A stretch of 63,859 nt of DNA, counting the filler, from Lama guanicoe (taxonomy: Eukaryota), in NCBI GenBank assembly GCA_013239625.1. It is 207 parts of 207 records of this genome, joined end to end, with 100 filler letters (N's around TTAATTAATTAA, not from the genome) between each part and the next. Parts side by side here need not be neighbours in the genome. Positions count along the whole stretch, not along the records: positions 26,572 to 26,780 come from PNXV01035286.1; positions 26,881 to 27,089 come from PNXV01035287.1; positions 27,190 to 27,398 come from PNXV01035288.1; positions 27,499 to 27,707 come from PNXV01035289.1; positions 27,808 to 28,016 come from PNXV01035290.1; positions 28,117 to 28,325 come from PNXV01035291.1; positions 28,426 to 28,634 come from PNXV01035292.1; positions 28,735 to 28,943 come from PNXV01035293.1; 199 more parts are not named here. One strand, 5' to 3'. Below are positions 26,472-39,000 of the stretch, one piece after another (within the stretch, counting starts at the first letter, position 1; every line of letters starts with the position of its first letter). The position numbers were made by a program, and so were the translations under genes. The notes beneath the pieces are model-generated. The model made no database searches and was not told the DNA's origin. It saw nothing but the letters and a program-made list of their open reading frames with translations.

Positions 26472-27189
26472 NNNNNNNNNNNNNNNNNNNNNNNNNNNNN
26501 NNNNNNNNNNNNNNNTTAATTAATTAANNNNNNNNNNNNNNNNNNNNNNNNNNNNNNNNNNNNNNNNNNNNAGGATTGCTAGGCAATGGTAGCCCCGGGT
26601 TGGATGAAGAATGCATACCCGCAGTTTATCTGAAAGAAGTAATTTTGCATTGCGTAACATTTTTAAGTACTTTAGATTAGCTGGAATATCCGAGTGACCG
26701 ATCGATCTACTTATAAACTCTTGCAAAGCTGAGACTTAAAAAAAAAAATCAGTCATCAAATACCATCCAATAGCATTAACNNNNNNNNNNNNNNNNNNNN
26801 NNNNNNNNNNNNNNNNNNNNNNNNTTAATTAATTAANNNNNNNNNNNNNNNNNNNNNNNNNNNNNNNNNNNNNNNNNNNNGTCTGTCTCTTCTGCCTACT
26901 GACCGCTGTCCACCAGCATGCCCGCCCGTGAGCGGGCCTAACCCGGGGACTGTCACTCCATGTCTGTGAGTGGCGACGGGGCAGGGGCACTCGAGCCACC
27001 CTGTGGGGCCTGGAAGGGGGCACAGTGTGCAGATGGTGGTGCCCACCCCTGGTCCTGAACAGGCGTGAGGAGCTGGGCAGCGGGCAGGGNNNNNNNNNNN
27101 NNNNNNNNNNNNNNNNNNNNNNNNNNNNNNNNNTTAATTAATTAANNNNNNNNNNNNNNNNNNNNNNNNNNNNNNNNNNNNNNNNNNNN

Positions 27190-27390
27190 AACTTGAAGCC
27201 AGAGAGGAAGAGAGATAAATAACAAAAAATCAAATCACCTATAAAGCAATGGCAATTAGACTGACAACTGACTTCTTGATAGCAAAAAAGATACAAATAG
27301 GCAATTGTAACCAATCTTCAATGTTATCAGCCAAAGTCATTATCAACGGGTAATTCTGTACCTAGCAAAACTGTATTGCAGAATAATCAT
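27190..27390 (+). mobile_element. Old LINE-1 ORF1 fragment
   Basis: atcacctataaagcaatggcaattagactgacaactgacttc (ITYK..IRLT.DF) and attctgtacctagcaaaactg (ILYPAKL-like). Confidence 0.8.
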
Positions 27391-28454
27391 TATCACTTNN
27401 NNNNNNNNNNNNNNNNNNNNNNNNNNNNNNNNNNNNNNNNNNTTAATTAATTAANNNNNNNNNNNNNNNNNNNNNNNNNNNNNNNNNNNNNNNNNNNNAA
27501 ATACTATTGTCCTTTGAATAATAATGAAGTCTAGTGATGCCTTTGAAAATCTTGAGCCTGATCATACCTTAGAAGAGAAAAAGAATAATGAAAAAAATGA
27601 AAAAAAATAGCCATGAAAGTTCATGTAAACGTAAAGGCTGTGGAATCCAGGAGAAACCTGCTGACAAAGTGAGAACTACACCACATACTCAAAGGCTGAG
27701 AAATATANNNNNNNNNNNNNNNNNNNNNNNNNNNNNNNNNNNNNNNNNNNNTTAATTAATTAANNNNNNNNNNNNNNNNNNNNNNNNNNNNNNNNNNNNN
27801 NNNNNNNGAGATTCTGCCAGATGCAGAGGAATAATTCACTGATGACTCAACAAAGAAAAACTTAGTTTCTGCTTAACAATACAACTTCACACACACACAC
27901 AGTGGTAGAGATATTTGTAGTATTTAGTGGGAAGAATTCAGTTTCAGTGCTCAGAGAATAGATTTCAAAGCACCAGCCAACTTTTGTACATTTGCCAATA
28001 GTCTAGGTTTTCCCAGNNNNNNNNNNNNNNNNNNNNNNNNNNNNNNNNNNNNNNNNNNNNTTAATTAATTAANNNNNNNNNNNNNNNNNNNNNNNNNNNN
28101 NNNNNNNNNNNNNNNNATAAAACCGGCCCAGAGGGTGAAGTTCACGGCCGTGTGCTCCCTGCTGACGCAGCTCCTGCACTGCCGGAAGGTACTCCAAGTG
28201 GAGATCCCTTTCTCCAACATCATGCATGACCTTCAGGGATGACGACAAGGTAGGTCGGCCCAGCCCCCACAGGCCGGGCCGCTCCGTGTCCCCACCAGTC
28301 TGTCCTCTCAGCGCAGTCCTGCTGCNNNNNNNNNNNNNNNNNNNNNNNNNNNNNNNNNNNNNNNNNNNNTTAATTAATTAANNNNNNNNNNNNNNNNNNN
28401 NNNNNNNNNNNNNNNNNNNNNNNNNTTACAGTATGATTACGTTTCGTAGGAGTC

Positions 28455-28600
28455 TTGCTTTGGGCTTCCTTCAGGACAAACTCAGAGACAAGTAATTGAG
28501 TGCAGGTAGATTATTTGAGAGGCGATCCTTGAAATGCAAGTGAGGATGCAGGGAAAGTGAGCCGCAGCAGAGAGAGGACCCCGTAAATGCTGTGGTGTGT
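28455..28600 (-). mobile_element. ERVL LTR (LTR16/LTR33-like) fragment
   Basis: ctcagagacaagtaattgagtgcaggtagattatttgagaggcgatcc resembles the antisense ERVL LTR poly(A) region. Confidence 0.6.
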
Positions 28601-28734
28601 GGTCCCTTAGTGATCCTCTTGATTTTGTTCTTCTNNNNNNNNNNNNNNNNNNNNNNNNNNNNNNNNNNNNNNNNNNNNTTAATTAATTAANNNNNNNNNN
28701 NNNNNNNNNNNNNNNNNNNNNNNNNNNNNNNNNN

Positions 28735-28943
28735 AAGAACACTTCTAAACTCATTTTATGAAGCCAGCATTACCCTGACACCAAAATTAGACCAAAAAAT
28801 TAGAAACAGAGCTTCCAATTGATCCAGCAATCCCACTTCTGTGTATGCACACAGGGAATTGCAGTCAGGCCCCCAGAGAGATGCCTGCACTCCCTGCTCA
28901 CTGCAGCAGTGCTCACAGCAGTCGGAACATGGAAGCTGCCTGA
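28735..28943 (+). mobile_element. LINE-1 ORF2 pieces joined across a large internal gap
   Basis: TLLNSFYEASITLTPKLD (start of RT region) is directly followed, in another frame, by KLETELPIDPAIPLL (C-terminal region). Confidence 0.85.
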
Positions 28944-29352
28944 NNNNNNNNNNNNNNNNNNNNNNNNNNNNNNNNNNNNNNNNNNNNTTAATTAATTAAN
29001 NNNNNNNNNNNNNNNNNNNNNNNNNNNNNNNNNNNNNNNNNNNGATTATAACATAGAACTTATATTTATACACAATATACAAATTCTGAGTAGAAATGTC
29101 TGTTACAGATTTCCACCCCACATTCTATTTGGAGATGTAACTTAGCCCATTAAATGAAGGAGAGTATTTCTTTTCTCCTTATATATGAGCTGACTTTTTG
29201 ACGTATTTTAGCAGACAGTATCTTGTGGAAGTGATACTGTGTAACTTTCAAGNNNNNNNNNNNNNNNNNNNNNNNNNNNNNNNNNNNNNNNNNNNNTTAA
29301 TTAATTAANNNNNNNNNNNNNNNNNNNNNNNNNNNNNNNNNNNNNNNNNNNN

Positions 29353-29561
29353 GTAATGAAACCATCACTACAGTCTAAATTTAGAACATCGTCATCACTC
29401 CGAAAAGAAATCCCTGTGCCCACTGGCAGTGAGTCCCACACCCACCCACCCTCAGTCCTAGAGTCTGTGTAAGTGGTCTGTATGATTTCTGCCTGGATTT
29501 GCTTGTTCTCTGTACGAACTCTGTATAAGTTGAATCATACAGTATGTGGCCTTTTGTGTCT
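29353..29561 (-). mobile_element. LINE-1 3'UTR (L1MB-like)
   Basis: aaccatcactacagtctaaatttagaacatcgtcatcactccgaaaagaaa...gaatcatacagtatgtggccttttgtgtct. Confidence 0.8.
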
Positions 29562-29661
29562 NNNNNNNNNNNNNNNNNNNNNNNNNNNNNNNNNNNNNNN
29601 NNNNNTTAATTAATTAANNNNNNNNNNNNNNNNNNNNNNNNNNNNNNNNNNNNNNNNNNNN

Positions 29662-29870
29662 GCAATTGGATAAATATGATTTCTGGATGTGTCTGTGAGG
29701 ATGTTTCTGGGTAAAATTAGCATTTGGCTCTGTGGGCTCCTGAGGAACCTTGCCCTCCCCAGTGTGCGTGGGCATCCTCCCCCCCACTGAGGGTCTGACT
29801 CCAACAGAAAGACAGAAGGACGAGGAACGAATTCAGCCTTTCCTGCACACGCTCTTGAGCAGGGCCATTG
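29662..29870 (+). mobile_element. MLT2 (ERVL) LTR fragment
   Basis: atttctggatgtgtctgtgaggatgtttctgg...attagcatttg...tgccctccccagtgtgcgtgggcatc matches MLT2. Confidence 0.85.
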
Positions 29871-31824
29871 NNNNNNNNNNNNNNNNNNNNNNNNNNNNNN
29901 NNNNNNNNNNNNNNTTAATTAATTAANNNNNNNNNNNNNNNNNNNNNNNNNNNNNNNNNNNNNNNNNNNNAAGATGGATGGCAGCTTTGACTGTGATTGT
30001 GGTGACCTGGAGCCACCTGATCACTAACAAAAGGCAACTGCTAGACACCAGCCACCAGGGCTTCCTGCTGAAATAGACAGCAACAGAGAAAAAGAAGCGA
30101 AATGGAAACAGTGCTGACCAGCACCTTAGAGCGATGCTGCTCAGGACCAGCCGGCACTGAACGTATCTGCACTGTGAGGNNNNNNNNNNNNNNNNNNNNN
30201 NNNNNNNNNNNNNNNNNNNNNNNTTAATTAATTAANNNNNNNNNNNNNNNNNNNNNNNNNNNNNNNNNNNNNNNNNNNNCAGTCCAACCTGAATTTCTTG
30301 ACCCCTGTCCAACAGCTTCATTAGCCGACGTTACTTACGTTCTAATAACGTAACTTCTAAATCCACCGGGACCAGATACTGCGTGCGTATTTGTAAACTA
30401 GAACCACAGACACTTCTAATGTTACTAGTATCAGCAGTGTATTTTTTATCAGTCAAGTTTTGTTACAGGTTTTCCATCCAATCCTGCCNNNNNNNNNNNN
30501 NNNNNNNNNNNNNNNNNNNNNNNNNNNNNNNNTTAATTAATTAANNNNNNNNNNNNNNNNNNNNNNNNNNNNNNNNNNNNNNNNNNNNCAGCCTTTGGGA
30601 GGCCCTAACCGCTATAAAAATGTAATGACTCAAGTCTCTGAGAGTTCAGACTAAAACACATGAAGAAAACTTGTTGTTTACATAGATCTCTCTCATATTC
30701 CCTACTCCGCCCCTCCAGCTTTGCTTTCTCTCTCCTCATTCTCTCCTGCTCAGAGGAAGAGGTGTTCAATCTGCTTCCCAAGGTCAACTCCCCCCGCNNN
30801 NNNNNNNNNNNNNNNNNNNNNNNNNNNNNNNNNNNNNNNNNTTAATTAATTAANNNNNNNNNNNNNNNNNNNNNNNNNNNNNNNNNNNNNNNNNNNNAGG
30901 CATTAAAGTCACAGATTTGACGTATGGAAAATGGACAAATAACTCTGTAGAAAAACCTCATACACTGTGGTACAACTCTTGAGTTCCAACGCTTGTGTTT
31001 GGCAGATTGATTATTCACTGCGTATTTTTTACTTCTTTCCTAACATTAAATTCCTTCTCCACAACCCCCACAATATCTGTCACTTGTTTTATTTTGAAAG
31101 CACCAANNNNNNNNNNNNNNNNNNNNNNNNNNNNNNNNNNNNNNNNNNNNTTAATTAATTAANNNNNNNNNNNNNNNNNNNNNNNNNNNNNNNNNNNNNN
31201 NNNNNNGTGGATTTAGTTGCACTCTAGCAATACCTAAATTACAGGGCCTCCCTGTACTCCATTTAGTGTAGGGGGCAGTTTTTTTTTTTTTGTTTTGTTT
31301 GTTTAAGTTCCTTCTATTCTTGCCTTTAGAAGTTGCTGTGCTGGGAGGCAGAAGTTGGCAGCATAAAGGATGTCCATTAGCACTGCTTTACTGCACCTGA
31401 TCACACCCACCTTAANNNNNNNNNNNNNNNNNNNNNNNNNNNNNNNNNNNNNNNNNNNNTTAATTAATTAANNNNNNNNNNNNNNNNNNNNNNNNNNNNN
31501 NNNNNNNNNNNNNNNTATTTTTCTGTCAAAGAAGAGGAAGAAAATTCCCAGGTGCCATCTCAGTCATGAATCGTTTCTTGTTTATAATTGTCTTACCATT
31601 TTACATTTTCGTAATTACTGCTAGTGGTTCTCAAAATTTCCAATTGTTTCAGATATTATGAGTTCAAATAAATATTTTAATTAAAAAGTAACTGGTAATT
31701 TGTATAACTACACCCACACTTGTANNNNNNNNNNNNNNNNNNNNNNNNNNNNNNNNNNNNNNNNNNNNTTAATTAATTAANNNNNNNNNNNNNNNNNNNN
31801 NNNNNNNNNNNNNNNNNNNNNNNN

Positions 31825-32033
31825 AGTCTCACGTGTACAACATAGTGATTCCACATTTGTATACATTGTGAAATGATCCCCAAAATAAGTTTAGTTACCC
31901 TCCATCACCATTGCCAAGTTAACATGGTGTTAGTGACCGTAGTCCCCATGCTGTACGTTTCAGCCCCTGACTTACTTTACACCTGGAGCTTTGCACCTCT
32001 CGATCCCCATCACCCATTCCATAGCCTTCCTCA
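31825..32033 (-). mobile_element. LINE-1 3'UTR (L1MA-like)
   Basis: tgtacaacatagtgattccacatttgtatacattgtgaaatgatc...ataagtttagttacc. Confidence 0.8.
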
Positions 32034-34296
32034 NNNNNNNNNNNNNNNNNNNNNNNNNNNNNNNNNNNNNNNNNNNNTTAATTAATTAANNNNNNNNNNN
32101 NNNNNNNNNNNNNNNNNNNNNNNNNNNNNNNNNCATTTAATAGGTTGGTAGATATAAATGAGCACTGTCCACAACAGTGATGTCTGTGGAGTAAAGCAAA
32201 AGTAAAAGAATGAAAATACAATGCAGCAGATGTGTTGTCCAGGAAAATAGTAAAAATACTGGTTAACGGTAGAATTGGTAAATTAAGAATGCAGATTTTA
32301 ATTTAGGGGAAAATAACAGACTCAAACAAAGAGGGGCAGAGANNNNNNNNNNNNNNNNNNNNNNNNNNNNNNNNNNNNNNNNNNNNTTAATTAATTAANN
32401 NNNNNNNNNNNNNNNNNNNNNNNNNNNNNNNNNNNNNNNNNNGAGTCCCCGGGATCCCTCTGCCCTCTGGGGACACACCAACCCGTGTGCTCCTCCTGAA
32501 CACCAGCACCAGCTGCTTTTCACTGGGGAGTGCCCAGGCGGCTGGAAGCTGCTTTGCCTGGGAGCTTACACCCCCACAGGGACCCCCACCCAGTGACCAA
32601 CGAGGTGGGGCCCTGCCCCCCATCAGGACAACCTCAGCGTCTCCTCCACAGNNNNNNNNNNNNNNNNNNNNNNNNNNNNNNNNNNNNNNNNNNNNTTAAT
32701 TAATTAANNNNNNNNNNNNNNNNNNNNNNNNNNNNNNNNNNNNNNNNNNNNAGTGAAGCTCTGGGGCCGTGCCTGCCTGCCTGCCCTGTACCACCCCCCC
32801 CTTGCTCGGCTTGCTGACTGAGTTGGGAGGAGGAGCGCTGGTTTCTTTTCCCTATGTGTGTGCCGAGGAGTATATCGAAGTGTATTTCTCAAAATGTTAA
32901 AAGCTTAATTCAATGAGCAGGTCTCACTATCTATTTAACTCATTAATAAGGATCACAGCANNNNNNNNNNNNNNNNNNNNNNNNNNNNNNNNNNNNNNNN
33001 NNNNTTAATTAATTAANNNNNNNNNNNNNNNNNNNNNNNNNNNNNNNNNNNNNNNNNNNNTGCGCTGGGTGGGAGCGGGGCGGCTGGAACAGAAGCTCTT
33101 GGACTGCGCCGGTCATCCCTCTAAACACACGGATGCACTTGATTCCATCCGTACATTTTATTGAAGAGTTTTGAATCTAGATTTAGAAATGAAGTTAACA
33201 TGTGATTATATGTGATTGTATAATTTTCTTCTTCCTTTACTATTATTATCCTGTTTGGGCATTAAGTCTNNNNNNNNNNNNNNNNNNNNNNNNNNNNNNN
33301 NNNNNNNNNNNNNTTAATTAATTAANNNNNNNNNNNNNNNNNNNNNNNNNNNNNNNNNNNNNNNNNNNNATAAAATTTTGCACCCTGACATTGAAATTTT
33401 ATGATGCTGAAAATTATATATAAGTGAACATGTAAATGCAAGAACTCTGCTTAAGGCAGTAGCACAATTGGGAAGGAATAACTAATTAGAATCACTTTCC
33501 CCCATCCTCTCCACCTATCATAGAAGTTATGTTCCCAGTGCAGAGAGACACACAGTCCACAAATCAGCTAAGTAATCTNNNNNNNNNNNNNNNNNNNNNN
33601 NNNNNNNNNNNNNNNNNNNNNNTTAATTAATTAANNNNNNNNNNNNNNNNNNNNNNNNNNNNNNNNNNNNNNNNNNNNGGAGCAATGATCAGGCTCTAAT
33701 GAGATTTACGCCTGGGGTTGGATGGTACCCAGCACGTCGCAGCCCCCACCTCCCTCCCGTGAACGGCCGAGCACAGCATCCTTGTCATTTCCAGATGCAG
33801 CCAACCTGTCCAGGTGGGTAAACACGCACTGGGGGGACGGCGTTCCGGGCAGCTGAGCGTGTAAATATCATCTGATTTCCCCCAGGGNNNNNNNNNNNNN
33901 NNNNNNNNNNNNNNNNNNNNNNNNNNNNNNNTTAATTAATTAANNNNNNNNNNNNNNNNNNNNNNNNNNNNNNNNNNNNNNNNNNNNGGTTGGAATTTAG
34001 GAAACCTGAATTCTTATTTTTAATCTGCTATCATCAAAATGTACAATTTTAAATATTTTCCTTTCCTTCCCTGGATCTCACTTTACTTGTATGCAAAATA
34101 AAAATAATGAATTAGATACTCTATAATAACCCTTTCAACTCTCAATGCCTATGATTTTATTACTTGTTTGTTTATTTGTTGATCAAATTCTGGCCTNNNN
34201 NNNNNNNNNNNNNNNNNNNNNNNNNNNNNNNNNNNNNNNNTTAATTAATTAANNNNNNNNNNNNNNNNNNNNNNNNNNNNNNNNNNNNNNNNNNNN

Positions 34297-34505
34297 TAAA
34301 TTCATCGGCAGAATTCAGGTCCTTGCAGTCAGAGGACTGAGATTCCTGTTTTCTTACGGACTGTCAGCCAGCGTACATCTCAGAGACTGGGGGACTCTAA
34401 GGTCTTCTCCGTGTGCCTCCTCCCCCATTTTCAGAGCTATCAGTGGAGAATACCCTTCAAATACCTGTTCAGGAAGGGCCCAGGCCCTTTTAAGGGGTCC
34501 CCCAA
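34297..34505 (-). mobile_element. MaLR LTR (MLT1-type) fragment
   Basis: ggcagaattcaggtccttgcagtcagaggactgagattcctgttttctt is an antisense MLT1 motif. Confidence 0.75.
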
Positions 34506-34605
34506 NNNNNNNNNNNNNNNNNNNNNNNNNNNNNNNNNNNNNNNNNNNNTTAATTAATTAANNNNNNNNNNNNNNNNNNNNNNNNNNNNNNNNNNNNNNN
34601 NNNNN

Positions 34606-34701
34606 ATAAATCTAAGTGGTCTAAACACACCAGTTAAAAAAGTCAATTAAAAAAGTGACTGAGCTCTATGTTGTCTATAAAAACTCTTCAATTTAACAGT
34701 A
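34606..34701 (+). mobile_element. Old LINE-1 endonuclease start
   Basis: ataaatctaagtggtctaaacacaccagttaaaa (LNVNGLNTP-like) and ctatgttgtctataa. Confidence 0.65.
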
Positions 34702-34703
34702 TA

Positions 34704-34814
34704 CAGACATACTTATTTTACTACACTTCAGTTTATTGAGTTTCACAAATTGAAGGTTTATGGCCATTCAGAATCAAGCAAGTCTATCAGCACCACTTTT
34801 CCAACAGCATTTGC
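34704..34814 (+). mobile_element. Tigger1 DNA transposon, left end
   Basis: TA followed by cagacatac (TIR), then acaaattgaaggtttatggc...agcaagtctatcagcaccacttttccaacagcat, matching the Tigger1 5' end. Confidence 0.85.
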
Positions 34815-36150
34815 NNNNNNNNNNNNNNNNNNNNNNNNNNNNNNNNNNNNNNNNNNNNTTAATTAATTAANNNNNNNNNNNNNNNNNNNNNNNNNNNNNN
34901 NNNNNNNNNNNNNNTGTCTCCACCTGTCTTGGGCAGGGAGGAGAAGAAAGCTGATCTCGCTAACAGATGCGTAACAAGGGGACCTGGTGGTACGGTTCTC
35001 ACCCTTATACCAGACATTGCTCCTCCCTCTCCTTCTCACAAGTCCAGCTCATCCCTTCGGTTCTCGCATGGCTGGGATTGCAGGTGAGACACTTCCTAAT
35101 GACTTTCACCTAAGTTTATGGTGNNNNNNNNNNNNNNNNNNNNNNNNNNNNNNNNNNNNNNNNNNNNTTAATTAATTAANNNNNNNNNNNNNNNNNNNNN
35201 NNNNNNNNNNNNNNNNNNNNNNNGGATAGAGAGCCGCCGGGTCCTTGACTTACGGCTTGCTGTCCGACAGAGGCCGCTGGAACCCAGCTTCTGCCAGTCA
35301 CTGCCTTGAAGGTATGTGGGCTCTGCGGTTTCAGATGGAAATTTTGAGAACTGGCATGAAAATTCCCAATTTGTAAATGTCAGTAACGTCTAGCTGCTCC
35401 CTCCGCGAGGAAAGGGCCCGGCCTCCTGGCGGNNNNNNNNNNNNNNNNNNNNNNNNNNNNNNNNNNNNNNNNNNNNTTAATTAATTAANNNNNNNNNNNN
35501 NNNNNNNNNNNNNNNNNNNNNNNNNNNNNNNNAGCATTTGCACTTTATTTGGACCCGTGGCTTTGTTAGTTCTCGGCTTTGCAACATCTCTTCAAAGGCA
35601 CGATAAACAGTCCCTGCTGGGTTACCACGCTTCCAGCCAAGCCTGGGCTCCCGGGGCTGCCCTTCTGCCCCCACAGCCTCCAAGCCGTGGCAGAGTGACA
35701 GGAAGACACGGAGGTGAGGGAGTCCGTGGGAGGGCAGGCGCNNNNNNNNNNNNNNNNNNNNNNNNNNNNNNNNNNNNNNNNNNNNTTAATTAATTAANNN
35801 NNNNNNNNNNNNNNNNNNNNNNNNNNNNNNNNNNNNNNNNNCCAGCAAGATGTGTCCCAAGGCAGTGGCTTCCTGGCTTTGTGAGGCCGTTTCAGCTTGC
35901 GAACGGTCTCATGGAAACGCTGTACTTGTGCGGAGCAGGGTAACCGGCAGTGAGCATTTCACAGACCTCGCACGTGGGCACCTTCCCTGCTCAGTCACCC
36001 TGGTCTCTCTGGTCTTGTCTTTATTTTTATTTTTGCCTGCCTTGTCACCANNNNNNNNNNNNNNNNNNNNNNNNNNNNNNNNNNNNNNNNNNNNTTAATT
36101 AATTAANNNNNNNNNNNNNNNNNNNNNNNNNNNNNNNNNNNNNNNNNNNN

Positions 36151-36280
36151 TCCTTGTCTTGTACCTGATCTTAGTGGGAAAACTTCTGAGTTTTTCCCCG
36201 TAAAGTATAGTCATAGGTTAAGAATAAGCTATAAATTTTTGAAGATATTCTTCATCAAGTTGAAGTTACCCTTTCATGTT
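36151..36280 (-). mobile_element. LINE-1 RT-region fragment
   Basis: tccttgtcttgtacctgatcttagtgggaaa is antisense FPLRSGTRQG. Confidence 0.8.
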
Positions 36281-38399
36281 CTTTTGAAACTAGAAAAGTT
36301 CAAATGGAAACTTTTTGGGGGGAGGACATAAGTAAATGTAAAATAAAGAGAATTCATGTNNNNNNNNNNNNNNNNNNNNNNNNNNNNNNNNNNNNNNNNN
36401 NNNTTAATTAATTAANNNNNNNNNNNNNNNNNNNNNNNNNNNNNNNNNNNNNNNNNNNNTCATCAGAGGGAGGCCCTGGAGGGCGGTGGGAGGATGTGCA
36501 GTGAGGGTAGCACCCCAGGCCCTGGAGAGGCAGCTGCAGATGCCTCAGAGGGAAGGGATGGGCTTCTCCCCTGCTGGGCTCTAAGCTCCCACAGCCTCAC
36601 AAAGGACACGCATGCTCGAAGGCAACTTTCTGCGGCCAGGAGCCTGGGGGCGGTTAGCCTGTGACCCANNNNNNNNNNNNNNNNNNNNNNNNNNNNNNNN
36701 NNNNNNNNNNNNTTAATTAATTAANNNNNNNNNNNNNNNNNNNNNNNNNNNNNNNNNNNNNNNNNNNNAATGTGGGCAATAAAATCACCTACCTCTTAGA
36801 GCAGAGATAGGCAGGACATGAGTCGACAAATTCAAAGTGCTAGCACATAGTTTGCACTCGTCGGAGTTGGCTAGGATTATTCTATAGGCATGTGGCCTCA
36901 GTGCCCCCACCCCATCTCTCTGTCCCCTCTGGGCTTTTTTTAAAAATCCATCCCATTTTAATGCAGGGGCCAATTCANNNNNNNNNNNNNNNNNNNNNNN
37001 NNNNNNNNNNNNNNNNNNNNNTTAATTAATTAANNNNNNNNNNNNNNNNNNNNNNNNNNNNNNNNNNNNNNNNNNNNAGGCACAGGATGAAGAGATTTAA
37101 CTTCTAGCAGATCTTGAGCTTCAGTAGACACCCTTTGTAATAGTAACATGGTGAATAACATGCCCCAGGCACCATGGAAGTCCCAAGGCTAGCTACAAAA
37201 GGGCACAGGGTGGGAAACGGCCAACTCCCTGGGAATCCCAGTCCCTTGCCCTAAGGCTGGTCCTTTTGCTTATTAGCATATGAAACNNNNNNNNNNNNNN
37301 NNNNNNNNNNNNNNNNNNNNNNNNNNNNNNTTAATTAATTAANNNNNNNNNNNNNNNNNNNNNNNNNNNNNNNNNNNNNNNNNNNNACTGACAAACACTC
37401 TCCAAATAATGGAAGAATCACTCCTGAACCTCACAAATAGGACTCACAATAGTTCAACTTTGCCAGAATCGGTAACTTAGAACAGCATGCGCCTTCGGAG
37501 GAGGACGAGGAACTTTGGACTCCCTGAACTTTATTGAATGATGCCGAGCAACTCAAAGACACTGTCCCTGGAAAGCAAGGCCCATGTGCTCATCANNNNN
37601 NNNNNNNNNNNNNNNNNNNNNNNNNNNNNNNNNNNNNNNTTAATTAATTAANNNNNNNNNNNNNNNNNNNNNNNNNNNNNNNNNNNNNNNNNNNNGGTGT
37701 GTAAAATAAAGTAGCATGAGGTGTTAGATAGAAATAGATGTGCAAGTGCTACTGAGAAGTTGTTCGCTTTTGGCCTCTGAGTGCATATTTCTCTTCTTCC
37801 TCAAAGGTCACCTCCTCTGTGAAGCCTCCCCTGACTCCCCCAGGCACTGAATTGTCTTTGTTATTGCACCGCGATGGATCTGCTTACATGTCCATTTTGC
37901 ATGTNNNNNNNNNNNNNNNNNNNNNNNNNNNNNNNNNNNNNNNNNNNNTTAATTAATTAANNNNNNNNNNNNNNNNNNNNNNNNNNNNNNNNNNNNNNNN
38001 NNNNCTGTATATTCTTAGTGGCAGGGGCCTAAGTTTATTCAGTGAAGTTTTTGTTCGTAATATTTTGTTTTGATAAATTATAAAATTTTTTTCACACCTC
38101 TATAAATCATTACCACCTCATGTGAGTTCCATTCACAATGGCAAGTGGCTGCTAGTTCTGCCAGCCATGTGAACTGAAAATCAAAATATCAGTATATTTG
38201 AGCTGATAAATTANNNNNNNNNNNNNNNNNNNNNNNNNNNNNNNNNNNNNNNNNNNNTTAATTAATTAANNNNNNNNNNNNNNNNNNNNNNNNNNNNNNN
38301 NNNNNNNNNNNNNCTCACACTGCAGGTTCATCATAAACAGAATTAAAAGACAAATCATATATTTTAAGAAGACAACTCTATCACAGATAACAAACACAG

Positions 38400-38522
38400 G
38401 ATTAATATCAGGAATATATAATACAATTTGTAGATACTGACAGGCATATACAGACTAGACAAGACTACACTGTAAAGCACAGGGAAATATATACAAGATC
38501 TTGTGGTAGCTCACGGTGAAAA
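38400..38522 (+). mobile_element. LINE-1 3'UTR fragment
   Basis: tttgtagatactgacaggcatat...actgtaaagcacagggaaatatatacaagatcttgtggtagctcac. Confidence 0.75.
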
Positions 38523-38931
38523 NNNNNNNNNNNNNNNNNNNNNNNNNNNNNNNNNNNNNNNNNNNNTTAATTAATTAANNNNNNNNNNNNNNNNNNNNNN
38601 NNNNNNNNNNNNNNNNNNNNNNTGTGGTGTCTTTCATTCCTTTTTATAATTGCAAATATTACAGGGTTCTCCGATATCTGTTATTTTAATTTGCATTTTC
38701 CAATCTTCCAGGGCAACTGAACATGCTTTTGCGTTTAATAGTCGTAGCAGATAATATTGGTGTCCTAATAAATGCCATCTGAACTTCCAGATGCTAACAC
38801 CTGCCTTTCTTTATCGGGGAACTTTCTTTGGNNNNNNNNNNNNNNNNNNNNNNNNNNNNNNNNNNNNNNNNNNNNTTAATTAATTAANNNNNNNNNNNNN
38901 NNNNNNNNNNNNNNNNNNNNNNNNNNNNNNN

Positions 38932-39000
38932 GCACTGGGGATTGAACTTGAGACCTCATGGATGCTGAACACATGCTTTACCTCTTGAGCTATACCCTTC
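38932..39000 (-). mobile_element. tRNA-derived SINE head (camelid Vic-1-like)
   Basis: The reverse complement gaagggtatagctcaagaggtaaagcatgtgttcagcatccatgaggtctcaagttcaatccccagtgc has Pol III A/B boxes and aligns with 54179-54250. Confidence 0.8.
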
